This document shows positions 54,629-63,902 of a stretch of 64,000 nt of DNA, piece by piece. The position numbers and the translations under genes were made by a program. Within the stretch, counting starts at the first letter, position 1. Each line of letters starts with the position of its first letter. This DNA comes from Candidatus Omnitrophota bacterium (lineage in GTDB: Bacteria > Omnitrophota > Gorgyraeia > Duberdicusellales > 4484-171): NCBI GenBank assembly GCA_043823745.1, contig JBDRAN010000059.1, forward strand, positions 9,105 through 73,104, in the 5' to 3' direction. The notes beneath the pieces were generated by a model. The model saw nothing but the letters and a program-made list of their open reading frames with translations. It ran no database searches and was not told the origin of the DNA.

Positions 54629-55828
54629 ATGAGTGGATCGATAAAAGTTATTTTTGATAAGTGTATCGGCTGCGGATTGTGCGTGAAGGTTTGTCCTTTT
54701 GACGCAATCAGTATTGTCAATAAAAAAGCAGTGATTGATCTTGCCAAATGTACGCTCTGCGGCGCCTGCAAAGAAGCGTGCAAATTTGACGCTATTGTTA
54801 TTACCAAACCCCAAGGTGCTAAGAAAGATCTTTCCGGCTACAAAGATATTTGGGTATTCATAGAGCGTGAGCACGGCGTTATTGCGGGTGTTTCCTATGA
54901 GCTGTTAGGTAAAGCCGTCGAGCTCGCGGCTGACCGGCATTCAAAGGTAGTGGCGGTGTATTTGGGCCACAACATCAAGCGAAACGCCGAGGTACTTATC
55001 CATCGTGGTGCGGATAAAGTAATTGTTGTAGACGCTCCCGGACTTGATAATTTTATTTCTGAAAATTACGCGAACGTTATCAGCCGGCTCATTAGCACGT
55101 ATAAACCGGAGGTTTTTCTTGCAGGCGCAACCACCTGCGGCCGTTCTGTTGTATCGCGTATCGCGGTGACTATTCAGACAGGCCTGACGGCTGACTGCAC
55201 CGGCCTTGATATTGATAAAGAGAAAGGGCTTCTGATTCAAACCAGGCCCGCGTTCGGGGGTAATATAATGGCTCAGATTATTACACCGAATTACCGACCA
55301 CAAATGGCGACGGTGCGGCATAAAGTCATGCAGGAGTTTGCCCCGGATGCTACGCGCGTCGGCCAGATCATCGAGGAAAGCCTAGACGATGCCTGCATAG
55401 ATACGAGAGTTCGATTTATCGAATTTCTCAAGGAAGAGGCTGCCAAAATAAACCTGGCGGACGCCGATATTATTGTTTCAGGAGGTAGGGGCTTACAGGA
55501 TGCTAAGAACTTCCAGCTTATTCGAGATCTTGCCGATGCTATCGGTGGCGCCGTTGGATCATCGCGTTCTGCGGTTGATAGCGGTTGGATTTCTTATTCT
55601 CACCAGGTAGGCCAGACCGGCAGAACCGTCGCGCCGAAGCTTTATATAGCCTGCGGTATATCAGGTCAGATCCAGCATCTTGTGGGGATGCAATCGTCAA
55701 AAACTATCGTTGCTATCAACAAAGATCCTGACGCACCTATTTTTAGAGTTGCTGATTACGGTATCGTAGGAGATCTTTTCCAGATTGTCCCCCTTTTAAC
55801 GAAGGCGTTGAGAAACAGTAATAAATAA
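54629..55828 (+). CDS. etfA: Electron transfer flavoprotein alpha subunit with an N-terminal 2x[4Fe-4S] ferredoxin domain (FixB-type)
   Basis: CIGCGLCVKVCP and CTLCGACKEAC clusters, followed by the EtfA FAD-binding domain (SGGRGL...AVGSSR). Confidence 0.85.
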   Translation: MSGSIKVIFDKCIGCGLCVKVCPFDAISIVNKKAVIDLAKCTLCGACKEACKFDAIVITKPQGAKKDLSGYKDIWVFIEREHGVIAGVSYELLGKAVELAADRHSKVVAVYLGHNIKRNAEVLIHRGADKVIVVDAPGLDNFISENYANVISRLISTYKPEVFLAGATTCGRSVVSRIAVTIQTGLTADCTGLDIDKEKGLLIQTRPAFGGNIMAQIITPNYRPQMATVRHKVMQEFAPDATRVGQIIEESLDDACIDTRVRFIEFLKEEAAKINLADADIIVSGGRGLQDAKNFQLIRDLADAIGGAVGSSRSAVDSGWISYSHQVGQTGRTVAPKLYIACGISGQIQHLVGMQSSKTIVAINKDPDAPIFRVADYGIVGDLFQIVPLLTKALRNSNK

Positions 55829-55830
55829 TT

Positions 55831-55917
55831 GCTGCAAGCCGCAGGCTTCAAGCTAAAAAAGTAAAACCGGTAGCGGCGTCTATAGCCTGTAGCATGCAGC
55901 TTGTAGCTTGAAGCAGA
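55831..55917. repeat. ~85-bp intergenic element GCTGCAAGCCGCAGGCTTCAAGCT...GCATGCAGCTTGTAGCTTGAAGCA with internal dyad symmetry (GGCTTCAAGC/GCTTGAAGC). A second copy lies at 62639-62706.
   Basis: Both copies lie immediately upstream of a start codon (smc and queA). Confidence 0.55.
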
Positions 55918-55924
55918 CAACAAT

Positions 55925-58900
55925 ATGTATCTAAAAGAACTCGATATTTTTGGTTTCAAATCATTCCCCGAGAAAACCAATCTTAAATTTGAACCGGGCA
56001 TTACCGTCGTCGTGGGACCAAACGGGTGCGGAAAATGCCTGCATCCTGAATCGCTTGTTTGCTTGGCCGATGGGACGATCGTTAAAATCGGAGAGCTGGT
56101 AGAACGCAATATCGCCTCTTCGAAAAAAGTTGCTCTCTTTGATGATGGCTTGAGTAGTCTTGAGAATGAGCACAACCTTAAAGTTTTTTCACTCAATCCG
56201 CAAACGCAAAAAATAGAAAAAAGAAGAATCGCTGCATTTGTCAAAAGAAAATCACCCCCCTTCCTTCTTAAGATTAGAACACACAAAGGCGAGGAGGTGA
56301 TAACTACTCATTATCACCCCTTCTTTACCGTAGAGAACGGTTCTCTTAAAGTATTAACCGCTGGAGAGCTCAAGGAGGGTATAAAGATTGCGCTTCCGAG
56401 GGTATTAAACGTCGATACCGGCACGTGCCGATTGGATGCAACTGATGTTTTAAGAAAGTTTTCCGTTGATGACCATGTTTATGTGCCATATTCAGGGCGT
56501 CTCAAAGAACTGATTTATTCGCAGAAAGAATTATGCGGCAGCTGGGAGAACTTGACTACGCAGCGAGCGCTTTCATCGGGGAGCATCCTAGGGGTGCAAA
56601 GCTCTCAGGCGGTCAACGCCGCACAGGTAACAGCTGTGTTAGATAGTGATGCACTTAGTGAGTTGTCGCCTACTTCACTTAAGTCGCGCTCGAATGGTTA
56701 TGTCGGGATTCCTTCTTGTTTAGATAAAAATCTAGCTCGTTTTCTCGGGTACATTATTTCCGAAGGAAGAACGACGTTATCTAATCAAGTTTGGTTTGTT
56801 AACGAAGATGAAGATGTTATCAGCGATTTTTGTGCTGTGAGCCAGAAAGTTTTTTCAGTAGCACCGAAGGTATTTTCATATAAAGAGCGGGCAAAGGATG
56901 TCATTATATTTTCCTCCGTTCTCTGTAAATTTCTCGATCGAGTATTCTCGGTGCGGCATAACGGGGTATCGCACGAGAAAGTTATTCCTGCGCAAATTTT
57001 CTCTGCTCCCCGGGAAGTCGTGTCAGAATTCATTTCTGCTCTTTTTGAAGGCGACGCATATCTTAAGAATAAATTCGAACGCAATCGGAATAACTATTAT
57101 ATAGAATATGCGACCGCCAGCCGCCAATTAGCCTATGGTCTTTCGACGCTCCTTTTACGATTCGGCGTACAGGCGGTGATTAGGGAAAAACGCAAATGCG
57201 CGGCCAATGCTGTCAAAAAGATTAAGCGTACCTATTATTCAGTTTATATTTATGGTATTGATAACCTTCATAAAATAACCCCTCATCTTCATTTTGTAGG
57301 CAGAAAGCGAAAAGTCTTAGATGCAATGAAAGCGTTGTCAACAAAATCAAACCCTAATTATGACGTTGTTCCCGGCATCCACGCGCTCATGAAACAATTC
57401 ACGCAGTCCTCGGGGGTGTCTATTAAAAGGGAGAAACGGCATTGCCCTAGGCTTGCTGCGTATTACGAGGGTGCCTGTCTTCCCTCACGTCAGGGAATCT
57501 TGGAAGTTGTTGATTACCTGCAGCGGGTTTCCGTTTCATGCGCCGCCGGCCTCTCAGAGCGCCTGAATGCATTTGCTATGTCTGATATTTATTGGGATGA
57601 GATTGTGTGTATCGAAAAAATCGCGCGAGACACGGAATGGGTCTATGATTTATGTGTTGAAGATACTCACAATTTCGTGGCAAACAATTTTATCGTCCAT
57701 AACAGTAATGTTTTTGACGGTATCAAGTGGGCGCTCGGCGAGCAAAGCCCAAAGTCTTTGCGCGGTTCAAAAATGGAAGATATTATTTTCAACGGTACCG
57801 ATCACTACCCTGCCTTGAACTACGCGGAAGTCACGCTTACGTTTCTTAACGACGATAAATACCTGCCGATTGACTATAAAGAAGTCTCGATTACCCGTAA
57901 GCTTTACCGTTCCGGTGAAAGCGAATACTACATCAATAAAAATATCGTACGCCTCAAAGATATTGAAGAGCTGTTCATGGGAACCGGTATCGGGGAATCA
58001 ACATACTCTTTTATTGAGCAGGGTAAGATCGAGATTTTCTTAAGCTATAAGCCGGAGGACAAGCGGCTCATCTTTGATGAGGCAAGCGGCATTGTCAAAT
58101 ACAAGGAACGTAAAAAAGAAACGATGCGCAGGCTTGAGGAAGTCGACGAGAATCTTCTGCGCCTTGAGGATATCATTTCCGAAGTAAAACGCCAGACACG
58201 CTACCTTGAGCGCCAGGTTGAGAAGGCGCGTAAATATCGCGAAACGCAAGACGCGCTCCTTGCCGTTGAAAAAAAGATCGCGACAATCCAGTCAAAAGAG
58301 GTGCAAGAAAAAATCGACAAGCACCTTGAAGAATTAGGCGTCCTGAAGGCGTGCGAGGAAGAAAAAAGCTTGATTCTTGAGGAAGCAAAAAATGAGTACG
58401 AGGTACGCGGCAGCCGCGTAAAAGAGGTGCGGAGCGCCCTTGAAGCGGTCAACACTGCGTTTATCGCTCTCAATGCAGATATTACCGCGGCGCAGAATAA
58501 TATTAAATTTTATGAGCAGATGATCGTTGAGTTGCGCGAGCGAAACGGCACCATTGAACAGGCAAGCGCGGAGCTTACTGAGCGCTATGCGATTCAGGAA
58601 AAGCGCCTAACCGAGGAACGCGTGCGTTTTGAGGGTATTGATGCAGGCGTGGCGGCGGCAGAGCGCGAGATCGTCGCACTCAGCACCGAAAAAGACGAGC
58701 TTAAATCTCAAAGCCATGATGCATCAAAAAATATAGAGCTCGAGAAACTTTCCATACTTCAGCATGAGAGCAAAAAGGCTAATTTTAACAATAGTCTTAT
58801 TGAAATTCAGACGAACCTCGCGGGATTAGTAAACAGGAAAAAACGCCTGTTGCTTGATCGGGGGCGACTTGAGGCTCTGCGTTCCGAAAGCGAAAGCGCG

Positions 58901-60949
58901 CAAAGTGCGAAAGAGGAGGAGGTAACCTCCCGTGCGGCGGAGCTTGAGAGTTTTAAACAACGCAAGAATGTGCTGGTTCTTCGAGAACAGGAATTGTCGC
59001 GCAGTAAAGAAACCTTAAAAGAAAACCTTATCGAAAAAGACAAGGAATTGTTCGAGTTGCAATCGTATTATGAATTTTTAAAAGATCTGCACACTAAATA
59101 CGAAACGTTTTCGGTCACCAAAAAGATAACCATTATTTTTGATGAAGAGCCTGTTAAGATAAATAAACTGGTCGCTTCGCTCTCCGGTGTCCAGTTTAGC
59201 CGTGAGGGGGCAGTTTATAAGGCGGTTGTGGAGGCTAAAGTCGTATCGCTGGAGGAGAACCAGCTCCAAGACCGTATTGCCCAGGCAAAGCAGGTTATGA
59301 GCCAGACGCGTGAGAGCCTTGAGCAGCTTGCGCAGCAAAAAGAAGAGGTAAGCCAGGAAGCTGTTGTTGAGGATCGTCAGATTGAGGAGGCGGAAGGTAT
59401 TTTGCGTGATCGTTTCCAGGAAAAAGAAGCGTTACGCAGGGAGTGCGCGCGCCTTGACGAGGAGTATGTGCTCCTTGAAGACGAGACGCAGACGACTGCA
59501 AGCGATATTGCTTCTTTTGAAGCTAATCAAAAGGATTTTGAAATCCAACTCGTGCACGTAGAACAGGCGCTGGCCACGGTCCAGGAGAGCCTTGGGAGCC
59601 TTCATCAGTGTGTCGCTACCTGCGCCCAGCGTGCCAATGCTATCGATATCGAAAATACCAAGAAAGAAGCGTTAAAGGATTCATTACGTAAAGAGAAAGA
59701 AACGCTCCAGTCAAAAATAATTTTCCTTGAGGAAGAAAAAGACAACATTACGAAAAATATTGAAACGCTGGCCCGAGAAAAAGAGGAAAACGGTAAGCGA
59801 GCACAGACGTTGGCTGCTGATATCGAGAACGGCAGTGTCAGCATTGGTAATTTTGAGCGCACCATGGCGGAGCAAACTCTGAGCAAGGCAACGCTTGAGC
59901 AGGAAGAGGTGACGCTGGGCGAGCGGCTTGAGGCTGTCAGGCAAAAAGAACAGGCTTTTGAGAAAGAGTGCGAAGCCCTGCGGGGTGAGCTTTACAATAA
60001 GAAGCTCGAAATCCAGAGCTTTGAATATGAAAAAGGGAAGATAACTGATTATCTGGCGCAGGTGTATCATGTTACGTTCGAGCCTTTGCTGCCTGGGGAA
60101 ACAAGTCAGCCTCTTGGTGTCTATATCGATGAGCGCAATATGTTGAAGAAGAAAGTAGAGGCATTGGGTGAGGTTAATCTTGTCGCGATCGAGGAGTTCG
60201 AGGAGCTTAAAAAACGCGATGATTTTTTGGTAAAACAAAAAGATGATTTGATCACGTCAAAAGAGAATTTGAAAAAAGCGATCCAGAAGATCAATAAGAC
60301 ATCCAAAGAGCTCTTTCTGGATACCTTCACCAAGGTGCAGGAAGAGTTTAACAAGAATTTCAGGTTTTTATTCGGCGGCGGCAAAGCGCAGCTTCTTTTG
60401 CTTGATCCGGAAAATGTTTTGGAGTCAGGTGTGGAAATAGAAGTGCAGCCTCCAGGGAAAAAATTACAAAATGTTTCGCTCCTCTCGGGAGGAGAGAAGG
60501 CGCTTACGGCAATTTCGCTGATATTCGCTATTTTCAGGGTTCGGCCATCACCGATATGCGTTGTTGATGAGATCGACGCGCCGCTCGATGAGGCTAACGT
60601 CGATCGTTTTAACCTTATGCTTAAAGAATTTGTCCATTTTTCGCAATTTATCGTAATTACCCATAATAAAAAGACCATGAGTAACGCCGATGTGCTCTAT
60701 GGCGTGACCATGCAGGAGAAAGGCATTTCTAAGCTTGTTTCGGTTAAGTTTGCCGAGCGCGAACGAGCCAAACATCCGCTTGTTTCGCCGCCGCGCGTTC
60801 CTACCATCGAAGATCTGGAAAAAGAAGCGCTGGAAGAGAAAACCACCGTAGATGAATCCAGCGACGATACCTCAAAAGACTCGCAGCATCGAGAGACCAT
60901 CGCGCAAGAACCCCAAGCAGCAAATCCCCACGATACTCCAGCGCAATAG
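55925..60949 (+). CDS. smc: Chromosome segregation protein SMC, interrupted in-frame by an intein in the Walker-A loop. The exteins total ~1118 aa.
   Basis: N-extein ends GPNGCGK and C-extein resumes SNVFDGIKWALGEQS (canonical GPNGSGKSN(V/I)DA...LGE). Long coiled coils, a hinge, a C-terminal LSGGEK signature motif and Walker B CVVDEIDAPLDE. Confidence 0.85.
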   Translation: MYLKELDIFGFKSFPEKTNLKFEPGITVVVGPNGCGKCLHPESLVCLADGTIVKIGELVERNIASSKKVALFDDGLSSLENEHNLKVFSLNPQTQKIEKRRIAAFVKRKSPPFLLKIRTHKGEEVITTHYHPFFTVENGSLKVLTAGELKEGIKIALPRVLNVDTGTCRLDATDVLRKFSVDDHVYVPYSGRLKELIYSQKELCGSWENLTTQRALSSGSILGVQSSQAVNAAQVTAVLDSDALSELSPTSLKSRSNGYVGIPSCLDKNLARFLGYIISEGRTTLSNQVWFVNEDEDVISDFCAVSQKVFSVAPKVFSYKERAKDVIIFSSVLCKFLDRVFSVRHNGVSHEKVIPAQIFSAPREVVSEFISALFEGDAYLKNKFERNRNNYYIEYATASRQLAYGLSTLLLRFGVQAVIREKRKCAANAVKKIKRTYYSVYIYGIDNLHKITPHLHFVGRKRKVLDAMKALSTKSNPNYDVVPGIHALMKQFTQSSGVSIKREKRHCPRLAAYYEGACLPSRQGILEVVDYLQRVSVSCAAGLSERLNAFAMSDIYWDEIVCIEKIARDTEWVYDLCVEDTHNFVANNFIVHNSNVFDGIKWALGEQSPKSLRGSKMEDIIFNGTDHYPALNYAEVTLTFLNDDKYLPIDYKEVSITRKLYRSGESEYYINKNIVRLKDIEELFMGTGIGESTYSFIEQGKIEIFLSYKPEDKRLIFDEASGIVKYKERKKETMRRLEEVDENLLRLEDIISEVKRQTRYLERQVEKARKYRETQDALLAVEKKIATIQSKEVQEKIDKHLEELGVLKACEEEKSLILEEAKNEYEVRGSRVKEVRSALEAVNTAFIALNADITAAQNNIKFYEQMIVELRERNGTIEQASAELTERYAIQEKRLTEERVRFEGIDAGVAAAEREIVALSTEKDELKSQSHDASKNIELEKLSILQHESKKANFNNSLIEIQTNLAGLVNRKKRLLLDRGRLEALRSESESAQSAKEEEVTSRAAELESFKQRKNVLVLREQELSRSKETLKENLIEKDKELFELQSYYEFLKDLHTKYETFSVTKKITIIFDEEPVKINKLVASLSGVQFSREGAVYKAVVEAKVVSLEENQLQDRIAQAKQVMSQTRESLEQLAQQKEEVSQEAVVEDRQIEEAEGILRDRFQEKEALRRECARLDEEYVLLEDETQTTASDIASFEANQKDFEIQLVHVEQALATVQESLGSLHQCVATCAQRANAIDIENTKKEALKDSLRKEKETLQSKIIFLEEEKDNITKNIETLAREKEENGKRAQTLAADIENGSVSIGNFERTMAEQTLSKATLEQEEVTLGERLEAVRQKEQAFEKECEALRGELYNKKLEIQSFEYEKGKITDYLAQVYHVTFEPLLPGETSQPLGVYIDERNMLKKKVEALGEVNLVAIEEFEELKKRDDFLVKQKDDLITSKENLKKAIQKINKTSKELFLDTFTKVQEEFNKNFRFLFGGGKAQLLLLDPENVLESGVEIEVQPPGKKLQNVSLLSGGEKALTAISLIFAIFRVRPSPICVVDEIDAPLDEANVDRFNLMLKEFVHFSQFIVITHNKKTMSNADVLYGVTMQEKGISKLVSVKFAERERAKHPLVSPPRVPTIEDLEKEALEEKTTVDESSDDTSKDSQHRETIAQEPQAANPHDTPAQ
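56036..57703 (+). mobile_element. Intein (556 aa) with a LAGLIDADG-type homing endonuclease domain, inserted after the P-loop Lys of SMC
   Basis: Starts with Cys (CLHPESLVCLADGTIVKIGELV, block A). Block B TxxH (ITTHYHPFF). Endonuclease motifs LARFLGYIISEGR and FISALFEGDAYL. Ends ...NNFIVHN, followed by the +1 Ser. Confidence 0.75.
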
Positions 60950-61115
60950 GAAGCGGAAGCTACCATCTTTCAGTCATTAGCTATTAGCAAAAAATCATCA
61001 AAAATTGTAACAAAATAATTTTACGCGCTCAGCAATTAACCTCTTCTTGGAGGTTGGTGTTGTCTTGATTTTTTAGCTTTAAGCTGAAAGCTGAGAGTTG
61101 AAGACGGAGGGCTCG

Positions 61116-62291
61116 TTAGAATGCCAGGACGATCCGGTTTTTCCCCTCTCGTTTTGCGCGGTATAGGGCGACGTCAGCTTTTTTAATTAAGGTATCCTTG
61201 TCAAGGCCATCGCCGGGGTAACTGGCAAGGCCAATGCTGATGGTGAATTTATTACCCAGGATATCGCTTTGGCTGATATGGTTTCGCAGCGCTTCAGCGA
61301 TCACCCAGGATTTTTCGCAGGTAGTTTGGGGAAGGATAATGGAGAATTCTTCTCCACCGTATCGACAGATGACATCGTGCGCGTGCGCCGTGCTTTTTAA
61401 GGCGTCGCTGATCTTACGCAGCGCGTCATCTCCCTGCATGTGTCCATAGGTATCGTTGAACTTCTTAAAATCATCCAGGTCAATCATCATAATTGAGAGG
61501 GGAAGGTTCTTGGCTTTTGCTTTCATGAGGTCTTCGTCGAGCTTGTATTGGAAATATCCGTGGTTCCAGAGTCCGGTTAAAGGGTCGGTATGCGCTTTGA
61601 CGAGTGAATCCTCAAAGGTTTGAGAGTTCTCGAGGGCTCCGGCGGCCTGCTCAACAAACATATTAAAAATCCTAATGTCCTCATCGCTGATTTTCTTGCG
61701 GGTAATGTAATTATCGACAATGATCAATCCGGCAGGTCTTTCTTTTATCCATACGGGCGATATCAGAAATTCTTTAAGCTGCAATTGGATGCTTAAGGGG
61801 TCATTCTCATATTCGTTTATTTTATTTTCTTTTATATGTAACGTGCCTTTTTCCATCAGGATGTCATAGATAAAGCCGCTTTCTTCGTTCAAAGGAAATG
61901 AGAGTGATTGTATAAATTCCATAAACTTAGGCTTGAGTTTCTCTTCTTTGATGCGGTTGTAGGTCTTGATGAGATCATACAGGTCCATCTTTTGCTGGTC
62001 AATGCTCTGCCAGATAGCATTTGCCTCGTGACTGTCCATGGGGCCGATACCCATAAAACCGTTGATTGTTTTATCGTGCTCGTCAACCAGGAACAAAATG
62101 GCCCGATTAAAAGCGAGACCCTGATGAGCGGTTAAGCCGGTTAAGATGATGTAGACAATTTCTTCAAGATGCAGCGTTGTACGCATGGCTTTGGTAAGCT
62201 CATAAAAAATGTAGAGTTGATAGCGGATTCGATCAGCCTCTTCGCGTAGCTTGTTGTTTTGTTCCTGCAGGTGTTTTAGCGTATCATCCAT
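61116..62291 (-). CDS. Diguanylate cyclase (GGDEF) with an N-terminal coiled-coil/GAF-like sensory region
   Basis: GGEEF active site in RYGGEEFSIILP; no I-site RxxD visible directly upstream; 391 aa. Confidence 0.85.
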   Translation of the reverse strand: MDDTLKHLQEQNNKLREEADRIRYQLYIFYELTKAMRTTLHLEEIVYIILTGLTAHQGLAFNRAILFLVDEHDKTINGFMGIGPMDSHEANAIWQSIDQQKMDLYDLIKTYNRIKEEKLKPKFMEFIQSLSFPLNEESGFIYDILMEKGTLHIKENKINEYENDPLSIQLQLKEFLISPVWIKERPAGLIIVDNYITRKKISDEDIRIFNMFVEQAAGALENSQTFEDSLVKAHTDPLTGLWNHGYFQYKLDEDLMKAKAKNLPLSIMMIDLDDFKKFNDTYGHMQGDDALRKISDALKSTAHAHDVICRYGGEEFSIILPQTTCEKSWVIAEALRNHISQSDILGNKFTISIGLASYPGDGLDKDTLIKKADVALYRAKREGKNRIVLAF

Positions 62292-62380
62292 ATAGTCTCA
62301 TAAATAACACATTTGGAGCCAAAAGTCAACCTGGTGGGGGTAGTGAGATGTCAAGAAGTTAGGAAGCTCATAGGAAAGAT

Positions 62381-62417
62381 GACAGATGGTAGATTCCAGA
62401 TGGCAGATAGCAGATAG
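62381..62417. promoter_or_regulatory. Tandem imperfect heptamer repeats CAGATRG (ACAGATGG-tAGATtc-CAGATGG-CAGATAG-CAGATAG) in the divergent GGDEF/queA intergenic region
   Basis: Read directly; 4-5 head-to-tail copies. Confidence 0.4.
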
Positions 62418-62638
62418 AAAAATCAGGTTGCGTCTATGGGTTGAGAGGCTCGTAGCGGTTATGTCAATCGTTAATCGTCTTGATGCTTAAATAGTGTTTT
62501 TGACGCAACCGTTATACGTGTAACGGGCGAGCTACGCAACCCCAAGGACGTTTGACAAGATCATACGATGTACGTATATCTTAATGAATACACTTATGGC
62601 TTTGCGTTTTTGGTTTATCTGGTAGAATAACGAATTAT

Positions 62639-62706
62639 GCTGCAAGCCTCAGGCTTCAAGCTCTAAATCCCGCTTTTGTAATTTTGCAGCTTGTAGCCTG
62701 CAGCCG
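62639..62706. repeat. Second copy of the GCTGCAAGCC-YCAGGCTTCAAGCT...CAGCTTGTAGC element
   Basis: GCTGCAAGCCTCAGGCTTCAAGCTCTAAATCCCGCTTTTGTAATTTTGCAGCTTGTAGCCTGCAGCC, ending 9 nt before the queA ATG. Confidence 0.55.
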
Positions 62707-62715
62707 CCACTAATC

Positions 62716-63762
62716 ATGGAAAACTCTATCTTCAACCTTTCAAGCTACGACTATACGCTGCCACCGGAATTAATCGCTCAGGAGCCGCTCGAGGTTCGTG
62801 ACAGCGCGCGGCTGCTTGTTATCGACCGCGCTCAATCGCTTATCAAGAAAGGGCTTTTCAGTGATATACTCACGATGCTTCGCCCGGGAGATGTGCTGGT
62901 TCTTAATAACACCAAGGTTATCAAAGCAAAACTTCTGGGTAGAAAGCGAACCGGCGCGGTCATTGATGTGCTCCTGGTTAAGGAACGAGCTCCCGGAGTC
63001 TGGGAAGTGCTGGCCAACCCCGGTAAGCGCTGTCGCCGCGGGGATATCATTATCTTTGGGAGCGGAGAGGTGACCGCGCATGTTATTGATACAACCGTTT
63101 CGGGCGGTAGAGTTTTGGAATTTAGCCATCCGAATATTCTTTCTCTTCTGGAACGTATCGGCCAGCCACCCTTGCCGCACTACATAAAAAAAGACTTGCA
63201 TGATGCGCAAAAATATCAAACATTGTACGCAGCAATCGAAGGGGCAATCGCCGCGCCTACCGCAGGATTTCATTTTACGCTCCCGCTCCTTGATGCGCTC
63301 TGTGCCAAGGGTATTCGTATCGTGTACGTGACCTTGCATTGCGGTCCCGCTACTTTTCGTCCGGTTAAAACCGCGGATATCAGAGAGCATCATATTGATT
63401 CGGAATGGATCCAAATCAGTGAATCCGCCGCCGAGGCTATTAATAACGCAAAAAAAGCAAACCGCCGCATCGTTGCGGTGGGAACAACGTCAATCCGAAC
63501 GCTCGAAAGCGTCGCTACCGCATCAGTTGACGGAAGGTTTAGGGTGCGCAGCTATTGCGGGCCGACGCAACTCTACATTACGCCGGGATATGCCTTTAAG
63601 ATTATTGACGCAGCTGTTACCAACTTTCATACCCCCTGCTCGACTAACCTCATTTTAGCTGCTTCTTTTGCCGGATTTGACCTCCTCATGGCTGCCTATA
63701 GGTTCGCCATAGCGGAAAACTTTAGGTTTTTCAGTTTCGGTGACGCGACCATCATTATCTAA
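62716..63762 (+). CDS. queA: S-adenosylmethionine:tRNA ribosyltransferase-isomerase
   Basis: N-terminal FNLSSYDYTLPPELIAQEPLEVRDSARLLV signature; 348 aa. Confidence 0.9.
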   Translation: MENSIFNLSSYDYTLPPELIAQEPLEVRDSARLLVIDRAQSLIKKGLFSDILTMLRPGDVLVLNNTKVIKAKLLGRKRTGAVIDVLLVKERAPGVWEVLANPGKRCRRGDIIIFGSGEVTAHVIDTTVSGGRVLEFSHPNILSLLERIGQPPLPHYIKKDLHDAQKYQTLYAAIEGAIAAPTAGFHFTLPLLDALCAKGIRIVYVTLHCGPATFRPVKTADIREHHIDSEWIQISESAAEAINNAKKANRRIVAVGTTSIRTLESVATASVDGRFRVRSYCGPTQLYITPGYAFKIIDAAVTNFHTPCSTNLILAASFAGFDLLMAAYRFAIAENFRFFSFGDATIII

Positions 63763-63902
63763 AAAATATATAAATTGCTGTGGGGCAATAACTTAGGTAA
63801 AATAAAAAATATAAGTATTACGTTGACGCACCATTTTGAGAGGACTATAATAATATCTTCGACACCCTATATTAACGCGCTACCGCCAAAGGGAGGGCAA
63901 GT

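Noticed and set aside
56036-57703. Intein region considered as an independent homing-endonuclease gene or a frameshifted/pseudogenised smc
   Set aside because: It is in frame with both SMC exteins, starts with Cys directly after GPNGCGK, and ends HN+S before the canonical SNVFDG continuation. There is no stop codon or internal RBS/start, so it is a protein-level intein and not a separate gene or an intron.
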